Origin: a virus
Lineage: Duplodnaviria; Caudoviricetes
Reading direction: 5' to 3' (one strand)
Virus record (IMG/VR): IMGVR_UViG_3300037067_005096
Coordinates: 1 to 64,000 of that record
DNA: 64,000 nt
This document shows positions 7,482 to 16,480 of this stretch, piece after piece. Below the pieces are notes generated by a model. It ran no database searches. It saw nothing but the letters and a program-made list of their open reading frames with translations, and was not told the DNA's origin. Each line of letters opens with the position of its first letter. Position 1 is the stretch's first letter. Both the position numbers and the translations under genes were made by a program.

Positions 7482-8378
7482 TTAGTCTATGATGGTGATT
7501 GACCCTACGGCAATTTGAGGGTCTATGTTCGGGCCGCAGTCGGCCTCAAGTGTGATGGTGTCCTTGACACGGTGAACTTTGGCAATCAGCCTGACAATGT
7601 GGCTCGACCGGCTCTTCGGAACGAGTTCCGTGTATACTTTGACTGTTTTGTTGGTCTTGCCCTCGTCATGAATGACTATGAACGACCCGGAGGTGTCTTT
7701 TCCGGCACTGACGACTCGTCTATCGCGTAATCTGACCCATTTGCCCTCTTCCGGGCTGGAACCGAGTAAATCGGCCACAGAATTGTATGTTGTGAGGTCT
7801 TTGATACGCACCAGAGAGTCATCAACCGTGGATTTCGTTGTTGTCAAGTTGACTTCCGGGGCCTTTTCGACTTTAGTGAGTTGGGATTTATATGCCCATG
7901 CTACTGGAGCCGTGATACCTTTGATGCAAGGCCCACCTCTGACCAGTAAGTTGCCGTCTTTGTCCTGATAACCCAAGATAGTTGGACACTCAAGAACACG
8001 TCTGCCATCTGACAGTGTTGCCAGCGTGCCGATGACATCGACCAATTGACCGGGGCGCATAGTAGAAGTAGCTGGGATGTCCACAATCAGAGTCTCGCGG
8101 TTGGTGTACCAATCATGGATAACCAAGTATTTCTGAGGTTCCTTGTAGATTGCCCCGACATGCACAGCATCGAGAGTGACTAATGCGCCGTCTTTCTGTG
8201 TCAAAGCGTGCTTGATTGTGCCTGCTCGGTCGGCCCACGGTGGGTCAGATGGCTCAGCTTTCTTCGCTGCTTCGACTGCTGCCACATGTTTGGCGTGAGA
8301 AGCTGGCAGCTTCGTCACCGCACCCCAGGCAGCCTGCACTACAAGAATGAGAAGTGTGATGGTGATGAGTCTTTTCAT
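7482..8378 (-). CDS. Secreted protein with two OB-like repeats
   Basis: Signal peptide [19 protein letters not shown]; ATGA overlap with the sigma gene stop. Confidence 0.65.
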   Translation of the reverse strand: MKRLITITLLILVVQAAWGAVTKLPASHAKHVAAVEAAKKAEPSDPPWADRAGTIKHALTQKDGALVTLDAVHVGAIYKEPQKYLVIHDWYTNRETLIVDIPATSTMRPGQLVDVIGTLATLSDGRRVLECPTILGYQDKDGNLLVRGGPCIKGITAPVAWAYKSQLTKVEKAPEVNLTTTKSTVDDSLVRIKDLTTYNSVADLLGSSPEEGKWVRLRDRRVVSAGKDTSGSFIVIHDEGKTNKTVKVYTELVPKSRSSHIVRLIAKVHRVKDTITLEADCGPNIDPQIAVGSITIID

Positions 8379-9235
8379 ACGACCTCCATTGTGAGTTCTG
8401 CAATCCTTTTCCATCGCCAAGAATTGCGTATTTTGGTGAGAGCTTTGTATTCAATTTGGCGGGCACGCTCTCGTGTGACCCCCAAAACACAACCTGTTTC
8501 TTCCAGAGTATGACTGGCTCTACCAGCAAGCCCGAAGCGGAGATGAATTACGTCCTTTTCTCGCGGTGAGAGCATCGTCAGCAGTTCTTCGGTTATCTGC
8601 TCTCGGACGATAAGACGATTCAGAATTTCGTCTGCTGTGGGTTGGCTCTCGTCCTCGATGAGGTCGGCCAGTGTGCCTTCCTCACATTCGTCACCCACGG
8701 GCGTGGTGTCAATGGAAATCGGGTCAAGGATGTTTCTGAGCAGAAGGTCGGCAATCTTTGGGTCGAACCCGGACGCTTCAATAAGTTCTTCTTTGGTGGG
8801 TTCCCGGCCAAGCTCTTGAACCATGTCGTTCATGGTCTTGTTGAGTTGGAAGAGCTTTTCAGTGATGTATGCCGGGAGACGAATGGTGCGGCCAGAGTCA
8901 CTGAGACCTCGTGTAATGGCCTGGCGTATCCAGAAAGTGGCATAGGTAGAGAACTTGTAGCCCTTACGGTAGTCATACTTCCCCGCCGCTTTGATGAGGC
9001 CAATGTTACCGTCCTGAATGAGGTCTGAGAAATCGAGACCACGACCGGTGTAACGTGAGGCAATATCCACGACAAGGCGCAGATTGTGCTCAATGAGCTT
9101 GGTCTTTGCAGCTTCGTCGTTGTATTCCCAGATTCTACGGCCTAGTTCGAGTTCTTCTTCAGAATTGAGCAGAGGCAGTTTGCCTGCTTTAGCCATCCAC
9201 GTGTGGACGACATCATCCGTATTATCTTTCATCAT
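8375..9235 (-). CDS. RNA polymerase sigma-70 factor, RpoD-like (regions 1.2-4)
   Basis: [55 protein letters not shown]. Confidence 0.95.
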   Translation of the reverse strand: MMKDNTDDVVHTWMAKAGKLPLLNSEEELELGRRIWEYNDEAAKTKLIEHNLRLVVDIASRYTGRGLDFSDLIQDGNIGLIKAAGKYDYRKGYKFSTYATFWIRQAITRGLSDSGRTIRLPAYITEKLFQLNKTMNDMVQELGREPTKEELIEASGFDPKIADLLLRNILDPISIDTTPVGDECEEGTLADLIEDESQPTADEILNRLIVREQITEELLTMLSPREKDVIHLRFGLAGRASHTLEETGCVLGVTRERARQIEYKALTKIRNSWRWKRIAELTMEVV

Positions 9236-9243
9236 GGCTCCTT

Positions 9244-9627
9244 CTACTTTACCCAATGTACTCCTACACTATTTGGGTCATCGAGCAGGAAGAGACACGA
9301 CACATCTTTTCTCTGTGCCAACTGACGTACATCATCAAAGAGCCTCATATCAGGTTTGAGGTCATCTCGTTCAGTTGCCTCCAGGAACAGGTCGGCCAAT
9401 TCTTGCTTACTGAAGCATACTATGCCCCAGGTATCATACTCGACAACACCATCATCTCGTGTCAGTTTGAGACGAAGTTGATAGTATCTGTCCTGAGCAT
9501 CGCTCAGAACGTATAATAAGTCTGGAAAAGTGTCGCAGACTATGGATAGGCGTGCTGTGCCTTCTGGAGTCTGCTCTGCTTTGAACATCTTGTCCAGCAG
9601 ATTCCTGATTTCTTGGGCTTTGTCCAT
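9244..9627 (-). CDS. Hypothetical protein
   Basis: Fits operon packing; RBS GAGG. Confidence 0.65.
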   Translation of the reverse strand: MDKAQEIRNLLDKMFKAEQTPEGTARLSIVCDTFPDLLYVLSDAQDRYYQLRLKLTRDDGVVEYDTWGIVCFSKQELADLFLEATERDDLKPDMRLFDDVRQLAQRKDVSCLFLLDDPNSVGVHWVK

Positions 9628-9915
9628 CTATGTTGCCTCACTTGTATAATCCTCATTTCCTGAGAAGATAGCTGTCTCTTCAAGATACTCTTCGGCATCT
9701 GAGAGAATATCGTCTACCGTCAACTTGGCTTCGCTCAGGGCTTCTCGAAACGACATGCGACTTGAACTGGAGCCATAGTCCATGCCTGTAACCTCATTCA
9801 CGAGCGAATATACCCAGCCAGAAGCTATTCCTAAGTAGTTTCCTGGGTCATATTCCAGGGTAATGAGAAAACCTTCATAGTGAATCATCCTGTTTCTCGG
9901 TTTGTGGTTTCCCAT
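9628..9915 (-). CDS. Hypothetical protein
   Basis: GGAGGG RBS, directly after a promoter. Confidence 0.65.
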   Translation of the reverse strand: MGNHKPRNRMIHYEGFLITLEYDPGNYLGIASGWVYSLVNEVTGMDYGSSSSRMSFREALSEAKLTVDDILSDAEEYLEETAIFSGNEDYTSEAT

Positions 9916-9929
9916 GTCGCACCCTCCAT

Positions 9930-9974
9930 ACTATACCGTAAATCCTGATGCTCAGCAATCAGTACAATTACCTG
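9930..9974 (-). promoter_or_regulatory. Box + sigma70-type promoter driving the sigma/secreted-protein operon
   Basis: CAGGTA-ATTG-TACTGA, TTGCTG, 17 bp, TATAGT. Confidence 0.7.
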
Positions 9975-9975
9975 T

Positions 9976-10404
9976 TTATGCTTGGCGTATCTTATCCAGG
10001 ATGTTTGTGGTATGCACAGCGGGGCCTCCCTGCACAAACATAACCTTTCCGCCGTAGGATTCTACGACTGGTGTTTCAGGAATCTCTACTCCTTCGTATT
10101 CCGGCCCTTTGAACCAAAAGTCCGGCTCGATACTGCGAATCATCTGAGACGGCTCTGAATCAGAGAACGGCAATACGACATCAACGTTCTTCAAAGCCAG
10201 CAATACGGCCATACGGTTGTTGAGTGTGTTCAGCACCCGACCCTTGACTCGTTGCAGATAGTCGTCTGTGTTGATAAGCACGACAACACGTCCGTGTTCA
10301 CCGACAGTTTTCCTCATTTCCTCGAACATGTAGACATGCCCGGCGTGAAGGATGTCAAAGCAACCAGAAGTCGCTGCAATCTTAACGGTGGTTTCCTGTT
10401 CCAT
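9976..10404 (-). CDS. Cytidylyltransferase-family nucleotidyltransferase, RfaE/HldE domain II-like (ADP-heptose synthase)
   Basis: SGCFDILHAGH (HxGH), VLINTD, R.AVLLALKNVD.V, PD...KG.EY, ETPVVESYGG, HTTNI. Confidence 0.8.
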   Translation of the reverse strand: MEQETTVKIAATSGCFDILHAGHVYMFEEMRKTVGEHGRVVVLINTDDYLQRVKGRVLNTLNNRMAVLLALKNVDVVLPFSDSEPSQMIRSIEPDFWFKGPEYEGVEIPETPVVESYGGKVMFVQGGPAVHTTNILDKIRQA

Positions 10405-10630
10405 TTTGAAGCTCCTGTTTTACAGCATTGATGAAGCCTTGTGTTATCTGCATAATTGTCTCTTCCAGTATACCCTCTCTGGCCTGGTCAATGCCAATAA
10501 GAGCCATGTTCATACGGACATCCACATTCCGTGGTTCATCTATGTAACGCAGCTTCAAAAACGGAACCTGCCACTCAGTTTTCGACTGCCGCTTTCTTAG
10601 CAGCCTCTTGAGCCAGTTCCACAAGAACAT
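10382..10630 (-). CDS. Hypothetical protein
   Basis: Operon packing only. Confidence 0.5.
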   Translation of the reverse strand: MFLWNWLKRLLRKRQSKTEWQVPFLKLRYIDEPRNVDVRMNMALIGIDQAREGILEETIMQITQGFINAVKQELQNGTGNHR

Positions 10631-10799
10631 TCTGCATAGCCTCCTTCAGAGCAGCCTCCATTCGTTCCTTGTCTATCTGTCGTGGGTCATTGACACCAGG
10701 CAGAATAGCGATTCTGACGTTGAACCCACCAGCCTCGAACTTGGCGATGGTCTTCTTCCCGGTCAAGGCCGGGAGCACCAGGTCTTTCCAGATGTTCAT
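10575..10799 (-). CDS. Hypothetical protein
   Basis: GAGGTG RBS before ATG 10799. Confidence 0.5.
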   Translation of the reverse strand: MNIWKDLVLPALTGKKTIAKFEAGGFNVRIAILPGVNDPRQIDKERMEAALKEAMQNVLVELAQEAAKKAAVEN

Positions 10800-10878
10800 G
10801 ATACACCTCAGTGAGTATGAAATGTCAGCAGGTATCCCCAAATCCCAATGGCAAGACCTGCAACGACGTATACCAGGA

Positions 10879-11247
10879 TCATTCTCGAATCCCCTTGATG
10901 TCATCGGGCAGCATATCATACAGCAGTTTTCGATGGCAGTGCTCGTCTGCCGCACCCTCCCAACAACACAGAGTAATCTCATCTTTTCCCGCCAGGTCAC
11001 AGAGCTTCTTCATAGCCTGGCGTAGGTCAACATGTTCTAGCTGCTCGTGATATATACGAGTATAGGCTGACCATGTTAGTTTGCCGTCCTTGTAGCCTTT
11101 CACCAGACCCCACGACGGAGTGATGAATGCTGCTAACGTGGGGAACAGCTTCTTAACGGTACGCATCTTGACACCTTTCGGCATCGAGTTTGCTATCGAC
11201 AGCTTGTTCGGTAGCTTGGACGAGAAGTTTGCGACATTGATTTTCAT
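10879..11247 (-). CDS. DUF488-like protein
   Basis: PSWGLVKGYK.G..TW..Y...Y, ITLCCWE....HCHRKLL. Confidence 0.7.
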   Translation of the reverse strand: MKINVANFSSKLPNKLSIANSMPKGVKMRTVKKLFPTLAAFITPSWGLVKGYKDGKLTWSAYTRIYHEQLEHVDLRQAMKKLCDLAGKDEITLCCWEGAADEHCHRKLLYDMLPDDIKGIRE

Positions 11248-11329
11248 TCGATTACCTCACATGGGCCGGATATGCGGCCAAATACCGTCATGCCCTTTCT
11301 AGGGCATTCTAGGGCCATTTCTGAGCGTT

Positions 11330-11791
11330 TTAGGAGTCATCCTCGTCTTCCGACTCCAGGTGACACAATTCCTCTAATCGCTGGCGTATCAAGACAGCCA
11401 TTTCTCGATACCCTTTTGGTCGTGTGCCTTTCGGCATAGCATAAACCTCAACAGCTACCTCTTGTGCCAGCTTTGCACAGCGTTCAAAGGCTCCTCTTTG
11501 TGGATTTCCCCGTTTGCTTTTTGGAATCGGTACCCTCATCACTCGATATACGTCTGGGATAGGGCCAAGAAACATGCACAGCATCTCTGGGTCAAATGCA
11601 CAGTAACCGAATCTGCATGACCCTGTTGTATCTGTGCCTTGTGTAACTGCCACATACAGTTCTGATGATGAACTGGAGTTCTTCTTGATTCTACGTCCAG
11701 CTTTCGAGATTGATTCATCGAACTGTTCGACTACCGTATCAGCAGCCTCTTTTCGGGGTCTACCCCGGCGTTTCTTCTGTTGCTCGCTCAT
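11330..11791 (-). CDS. AT-hook-containing hypothetical protein
   Basis: KKRRGRPRK at the N-terminus. Confidence 0.65.
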   Translation of the reverse strand: MSEQQKKRRGRPRKEAADTVVEQFDESISKAGRRIKKNSSSSSELYVAVTQGTDTTGSCRFGYCAFDPEMLCMFLGPIPDVYRVMRVPIPKSKRGNPQRGAFERCAKLAQEVAVEVYAMPKGTRPKGYREMAVLIRQRLEELCHLESEDEDDS

Positions 11792-12038
11792 TCAATGTGT
11801 GCCCTTTCGGTAAGAGTGGGAGTTCCGGGTAATCAGCCCGGTCACCGGCAAACCAGTCCGCAAAACTCTGTGCCCAGTCTTCCCGGAACTCACTGGGAGG
11901 AACAACTGGGTCGTCACCAGAGCAAATCATTACCGGGCAACGAAAACAGATACCACCCTGGGAGATGGCCTGTGGGTCATCATCCCAGGGGCATCCGGCA
12001 CAACTATCAGGAACGTCATACTTGTCAGCGATTCTCAT
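11760..12038 (-). CDS. Cys-rich hypothetical protein
   Basis: CxxCP, CxxCP..C; ATGA overlap with ligase. Confidence 0.6.
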   Translation of the reverse strand: MRIADKYDVPDSCAGCPWDDDPQAISQGGICFRCPVMICSGDDPVVPPSEFREDWAQSFADWFAGDRADYPELPLLPKGHTLNERATEETPG

Positions 12039-13168
12039 TCGTAGTCTCTCACAGCAACTCCGACAGGGAATCTCGGTAATCCCTCATCAGTGAGATTTTG
12101 GTAGCGTACAGTGAGTTGTGCGCCTTGTGGACTGTAGCTTCCGGTACAAAAATCATACCAGAGTTGCTTTCGCTCCTTTATTGAACCTTCAGGACGCACG
12201 GTAAACTCTTTCCCATCCGCTGTTTTGCAGACGTAAAGAATAGCCTCTGCTTCACGGCCTTTGCCGTCTACACAACTGTGTATCGTAAACTCCTCATCCA
12301 CGAAGTCTTTGAGTTTCTGGAGGTCGATGCTTCGCTGACCGATGGCATACTTACCTGCTGCATTGCGCAGAATAAGCCCTTCGTAGCCTTTCTTGAGAGC
12401 TTTAGTTAGCCATCCAGCTATTTCATCTTCGCTCTCACACATGATTGTGCTAACCATACGAACCTGTTCTGGAACAGCATCAGTTCGGCCTAACCCAATA
12501 AGAATATCCAGGGCATCTATACGTTCTCGGAATGTGCAGTTGTTGCCATCTACAATATCGAAGACGTAGTAACCCAACTGTGGAGTGTTCTTGTTCGGCT
12601 TCTTGATGGCCGATGTCGTCTCCTGGAAAGTAAACTCTGGGGGCAACATGATTTCACCATCCAGAATCATACCGTCAGTATCAAATCGTAGATGCTGTGT
12701 GACCTCTGGCAAGTAGAGCTTGCCCTTGCGAGTCCAGAACTTCTCTCCATCGAAGAGTGCCCGGTGACCATCCAGTTTGGGCTGCACGAAGCAGGGATAG
12801 GTGATAGCCTTGCCCCGTTCTGTGAACTTGTGTGCGAGCATTGGGAGTGGAAGCACTTCAGAGACTTCGCCTTCTTTGTGGTAGCCCTCGTCAGTCTTCT
12901 TGTTGGTCAGAGATTCAAGCTCTGAAACAGCCTGCTCTAACGGAGTGGTTTCATTGGCCCGGCCTATGTTCTTGCCGGACACTTTGGTGAACTCTGAACG
13001 GTTCTTTTTGCTCAGACTACCAGAGGCCGTTTCTTGCCAGGATGTGGTGTAGTGGATGACTGTGCCGTCGTCACACTGAGCCACAAAGCCTTGCCAGAAC
13101 TTCTTTCTCCCCGATGAATTGGTCGCTTGCAGTTCCGGGGTTGCATGCACTATCTTGACATCACTCAT
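12035..13168 (-). CDS. ATP-dependent DNA ligase
   Basis: QPKLDGHR (motif I), LDGEI, YYVFDI, YEGLILR, LQKLK, PRFPVGVAVRDYE; start re-assigned to ATG 13168. Confidence 0.93.
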   Translation of the reverse strand: MSDVKIVHATPELQATNSSGRKKFWQGFVAQCDDGTVIHYTTSWQETASGSLSKKNRSEFTKVSGKNIGRANETTPLEQAVSELESLTNKKTDEGYHKEGEVSEVLPLPMLAHKFTERGKAITYPCFVQPKLDGHRALFDGEKFWTRKGKLYLPEVTQHLRFDTDGMILDGEIMLPPEFTFQETTSAIKKPNKNTPQLGYYVFDIVDGNNCTFRERIDALDILIGLGRTDAVPEQVRMVSTIMCESEDEIAGWLTKALKKGYEGLILRNAAGKYAIGQRSIDLQKLKDFVDEEFTIHSCVDGKGREAEAILYVCKTADGKEFTVRPEGSIKERKQLWYDFCTGSYSPQGAQLTVRYQNLTDEGLPRFPVGVAVRDYE

Positions 13169-13385
13169 CAGGCTGCACCTTTGTCCCCACGTACTGACTC
13201 TTGATGTTGGCATGGAAGAAACTGCCCGCACTCTCTGCCGCAGCAAAGTCGTTATAGACTTCTTGCGGAACATCAGGATACTGATAGACAGTTCCCTGGC
13301 TGAACTCTATTTCCAGCATTTTGCTGGCAGCATCATAGCCCACTGACTTGATACTGGACGAACCTATTACAGTTATTCGATTCAT
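13161..13385 (-). CDS. KTSC-domain protein
   Basis: SSSIKSVGYD....LEIEF..G.VYQY..VP..VY..F..AESAGSFF...IK. Confidence 0.9.
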   Translation of the reverse strand: MNRITVIGSSSIKSVGYDAASKMLEIEFSQGTVYQYPDVPQEVYNDFAAAESAGSFFHANIKSQYVGTKVQPDE

Positions 13386-13396
13386 AGTTGCCTCCT

Positions 13397-14293
13397 TCAG
13401 AATATCAGTGAAGCGGGGTCATCCCACCGACTGTATAGTTTGCAGTTCTCCCTGAGAACTAGATACCGGAATGATGAAGTCACCTCTTGAGGCATGCAGT
13501 TGTCATCGAGCACTGTCGATAATCCATCCACAGAGTATCGAATTGCTCCAAATGGAAGTCTCTCAAGAGGTTTTCCGTGCGTTTTGATGTAGTCTTCGAT
13601 ACTTTGAACTGCTTCCTTAGACGCCCGGTGGTCAGCAATCCACGTGTCTTGGTCGTTGAACTCTTTTCGAGTAGTACCTGAAGAATAGAGCACACGGAAG
13701 ATTATCTGGTCGGCTCCAAGCTCACGAGCACGATGAAATATATCACCGGGGCGGTGAATGAGGGTGTCGTAATAGTCAATCAGGTTGATGGAGAGCCGAA
13801 GATTGAAGTCATAACGCTTTATCTCACTGCAGAGGTTTGGAATTTCTACCCGTGCGTTTTTCGGCATTCCAATGATGTCTGCATTGCTGGGAGAATGCCA
13901 GATGTTGCATACAGACACAGAAATCGTAGATACACGAACCGTATCTCGTAGGAATCGGAGCTTTTCGTCGTTAAGCAACACTCCCGTTGTCTGGAGTTCT
14001 ATCCAGTGAAATCTACGGTCTCCCAAAGCCATGTTCCAATGGCTGAAGTCACGTAGAAACGGGAAGTTCTGTAAAGGTTCCCCGTCACCCGTGAGAATGA
14101 TTGTATTGCAGCCGTTGTCTCGTGCAAAAGCCAATCGGCTGGTATAGTCTTCCTCGTAGAGTCGAATGAAACGCTGATTGCCCTGTATCTGGTCTTTGTA
14201 GGGCGATTTACTCATGCGACTAACACAAAAGGGGCACTTGTTGATACATTTGCCCTTTGTGGGAACTACGATACTGAGAGTCTGGATTTCCAT
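13397..14293 (-). CDS. Radical SAM protein
   Basis: CINKCPFC (CxxxCxxC), ILTGDGEP, IELQTTG. Confidence 0.85.
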   Translation of the reverse strand: MEIQTLSIVVPTKGKCINKCPFCVSRMSKSPYKDQIQGNQRFIRLYEEDYTSRLAFARDNGCNTIILTGDGEPLQNFPFLRDFSHWNMALGDRRFHWIELQTTGVLLNDEKLRFLRDTVRVSTISVSVCNIWHSPSNADIIGMPKNARVEIPNLCSEIKRYDFNLRLSINLIDYYDTLIHRPGDIFHRARELGADQIIFRVLYSSGTTRKEFNDQDTWIADHRASKEAVQSIEDYIKTHGKPLERLPFGAIRYSVDGLSTVLDDNCMPQEVTSSFRYLVLRENCKLYSRWDDPASLIF

Positions 14294-14306
14294 TGGGTTC
14301 CTTTCT

Positions 14307-14389
14307 TGGAGTGGGCGGGAGATGGACTCGAACCATCCACCTCACGGTTTATCCCCACTGTGCGCTCTTGCCTCTGAGCTATCCCGCCC
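14307..14389 (-). tRNA. tRNA-like gene with aberrant, expanded anticodon loop (Ile-like GATAA; possibly a pseudo-tRNA)
   Basis: Acceptor GGCGGGA/TCCCGCC, D-arm GCTC/GAGC, T-arm GATGG-TTCGAGT-CCATC; anticodon arm CACAG-TGGGGATAAA-CCGTG. Confidence 0.6.
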
Positions 14390-14394
14390 GTGTG

Positions 14395-14703
14395 TTAGTC
14401 CTCTACTTCTTCACCAGCAATCAACGCCTCTGTATGGGCATAGCCCTTGATGTTGAGCATCTTCTGGTCATTATCGAGGTATTCGAGAAGAGCATTCAGT
14501 TCGGCTGCGTGCGTCTTCTCTTCATCAACGATATGCTGGAGCACAGCTTGAACGTGCTCGTCATCTGTATTTTGGATATGGGCTTCGTACAGGGTCACAG
14601 CATCGAGTTCGGCTGCAATGTCCTGACGAATAGCCCTAGCTACCTCTTCCTTTGTCATGGTTCGGTCAGGAGCCATTGTGTTGAATGGATTACTGAGATT
14701 CAT
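14395..14703 (-). CDS. Ferritin-like (rubrerythrin/encapsulated-ferritin-type) four-helix protein
   Basis: AELDAVTLYEAH...HIVDEEKTH di-iron ExxH pattern. Confidence 0.8.
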   Translation of the reverse strand: MNLSNPFNTMAPDRTMTKEEVARAIRQDIAAELDAVTLYEAHIQNTDDEHVQAVLQHIVDEEKTHAAELNALLEYLDNDQKMLNIKGYAHTEALIAGEEVED

Positions 14704-14718
14704 CGTGTTCTCCTATAC

Positions 14719-14794
14719 TGGCTGCCGGAGAAGGACTCGAACCTTCAATTACCGGATTCAAAGTCCGGTGTGCTGCCAATTGCACCATCCGGCA
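14719..14794 (-). tRNA. tRNA-Gln (TTG)
   Basis: Complete 76-nt cloverleaf, CT-TTG-AA loop, encoded CCA. Confidence 0.93.
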
Positions 14795-15116
14795 AAGTCC
14801 AATGCGCTTTTCTATGGCAGTTTGCACATAGTATAGTGCATTTTGCCATTTCTTGTAAGATACGAGTTTTGCTCCAACCGTTACGCACACACTTTGATAT
14901 AGTCATCTCTTTCTGTGCTGGGTTATTGTGATGAAACTCAAGGCAACTTATATGATTTTCTCCACAAACCGCACATTGTAACGGTTGTTTTAGTTCTCTG
15001 TACCAACGCAACAATTCTTCTAATCGTCTTTTGTTGCGATTACGGTAGTAGTCTGGATGACTACGATAGTGTCTTCTCACAGACTCCCGCTGTTTTGCGG
15101 AGTCTTTATACGGCAT
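14745..15116 (-). CDS. HNH endonuclease
   Basis: CAVCG...CLEFHH...CTILCANCHRKAH; 3' end overlaps tRNA-Gln. Confidence 0.85.
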   Translation of the reverse strand: MPYKDSAKQRESVRRHYRSHPDYYRNRNKRRLEELLRWYRELKQPLQCAVCGENHISCLEFHHNNPAQKEMTISKCVRNGWSKTRILQEMAKCTILCANCHRKAHWTLPDGAIGSTPDFESGN

Positions 15117-15399
15117 TTTTGTTGGTCACCTCTGGTTCAGGTACTTTGAAGCCCTCGACGTTAGGACTGAGCCAGTAACGACCGTCATAGGGCATGAAAT
15201 GGCAGTATTTCTTGGTACGCAGGACTTTGCAGCCGATAACTACCAGCCACATAGCAGGCCATTGTACGATTGGAAGTCCGATGTACCATTCCTTGATGGC
15301 CTTGATTTGCCGGAAAGAGAAGCCCCCGATGCTGAGTAGAATGAACCAGGCTACTGGAGCTAACAGTACACCGTACCAGAAGATTGCAGTTTTGAACAT
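15106..15399 (-). CDS. Membrane protein
   Basis: Two hydrophobic segments; GGAGG RBS. Confidence 0.65.
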   Translation of the reverse strand: MFKTAIFWYGVLLAPVAWFILLSIGGFSFRQIKAIKEWYIGLPIVQWPAMWLVVIGCKVLRTKKYCHFMPYDGRYWLSPNVEGFKVPEPEVTNKNAV

Positions 15400-15425
15400 G
15401 TGCGCCTCCTAACAGTTTCACTCAT

Positions 15426-15470
15426 AGTATACCAGACCCACTGGAGCTTGGCAACTGGTATAATTACCAG
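15426..15470 (-). promoter_or_regulatory. Box + sigma70-type promoter
   Basis: CTGGTA-ATTA-TACCAG, TTGCCA, 17 bp, TG-G-TATACT. Confidence 0.85.
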
Positions 15471-15703
15471 TTTTGAAACCTAAATCCACCACCGCCATCA
15501 GCTAGAACTACTCTATTATGCCATCGGTAACCACATTTCGGGGCGTTGCAGATGAATTCCTGCTTTTGATACCAGCCGTTCTCATCAAAGTCTTGGCCGG
15601 ACATAGCCCCTTTTCTGATGTCCGTGGTTCCACACTTAGGGCAATAAGTTGAGTAGTCTTCTATCTCTTCGCCCTGTTCGTTGAGTATCTTAGGCTTCCT
15701 CAT
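15464..15703 (-). CDS. Zn-ribbon protein
   Basis: CPKCG...CNAPKCGYRW. Confidence 0.7.
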   Translation of the reverse strand: MRKPKILNEQGEEIEDYSTYCPKCGTTDIRKGAMSGQDFDENGWYQKQEFICNAPKCGYRWHNRVVLADGGGGFRFQNW

Positions 15704-16001
15704 TGGTTAGACCACTCCCAAAGTTCTTGATTTCGGCAACGAGTTTGCGGTTGCGTTCACGTAGCTCTGCCATTTCACGTGCTTGTTCTCGATTGGTTTC
15801 TTCCAGGGCATCACAACGCTTCTGCAAATCTGCTATCTCTCCAACAAGCTGCTTCCGTTCTTGCATAAGAGCATCACGTAGGCAGGCATCGTCGTCATTT
15901 TCGACTTTGCGTTTCTGCACCTGTACATTGAGATAGATGCCGATAGTTCCGGCAAGAGCCGCTATTAGTGAGGGCAACACATACTGTAGAAAGATTGCCA
16001 T
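15690..16001 (-). CDS. Single-TM plus coiled-coil protein (holin-like/lysis-associated?)
   Basis: N-terminal hydrophobic helix then heptad coiled coil; GGAGG RBS before ATG 16001. Confidence 0.5.
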   Translation of the reverse strand: MAIFLQYVLPSLIAALAGTIGIYLNVQVQKRKVENDDDACLRDALMQERKQLVGEIADLQKRCDALEETNREQAREMAELRERNRKLVAEIKNFGSGLTNEEA

Positions 16002-16002
16002 A

Positions 16003-16401
16003 TTATGTCCCTCCGCCGCGTAGTTCTTGTAGGGTGCGCTCCTTCTCAACGATTTCTTCAAGCAGGGTAGTAGCTTTGGATAAGCCTGACAAGATACGTT
16101 CGACCTCACCCTGCATACAGATGCTCACATCGAGGTCTTTTTTGGCGATGTATCTATCTTGTGCTGCCAGTCGGTTCTGACTAATCATGATGATTGGTGC
16201 GGAGTAGGCTGCTTGAAATGACAGCATCAGGTTCAGTAGAATGAACGGGTACGGGTCGAACGCTCGATGCCAAATCAAGGTATTCGATGTTACCCAGAAA
16301 ACGATGAAGATGGACTGCACAACGATGAATGTCCAGCTTCCCAATCCTGCCGTCACCTTATCTGCCAGCTTTTGCCCAAAAGTCATGCTCTGCGTACTCA
16401 T
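16003..16401 (-). CDS. DUF1003 membrane protein
   Basis: LADKV...GSWTFI, FDPYPFILLNLMLSFQAAYSAPIIMISQNR. Confidence 0.9.
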   Translation of the reverse strand: MSTQSMTFGQKLADKVTAGLGSWTFIVVQSIFIVFWVTSNTLIWHRAFDPYPFILLNLMLSFQAAYSAPIIMISQNRLAAQDRYIAKKDLDVSICMQGEVERILSGLSKATTLLEEIVEKERTLQELRGGGT

Positions 16402-16480
16402 TCTGTAAATCTCCTTTTGGGCGCAGCATATTTCCGCCCCCCTGTCGTTTTGTTGGCTACTTAGAGTATATCATATCTTT

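Noticed and set aside
13397-14293. Viperin-like or QueE assignment for the radical SAM protein
   Set aside because: Only the generic CxxxCxxC and GEP motifs are recognisable; no family-specific motifs or que genes nearby.
14293-14931. 212-aa + strand ORF
   Set aside because: Antisense to two tRNA genes, the ferritin-like gene and HNH; no RBS or motifs.
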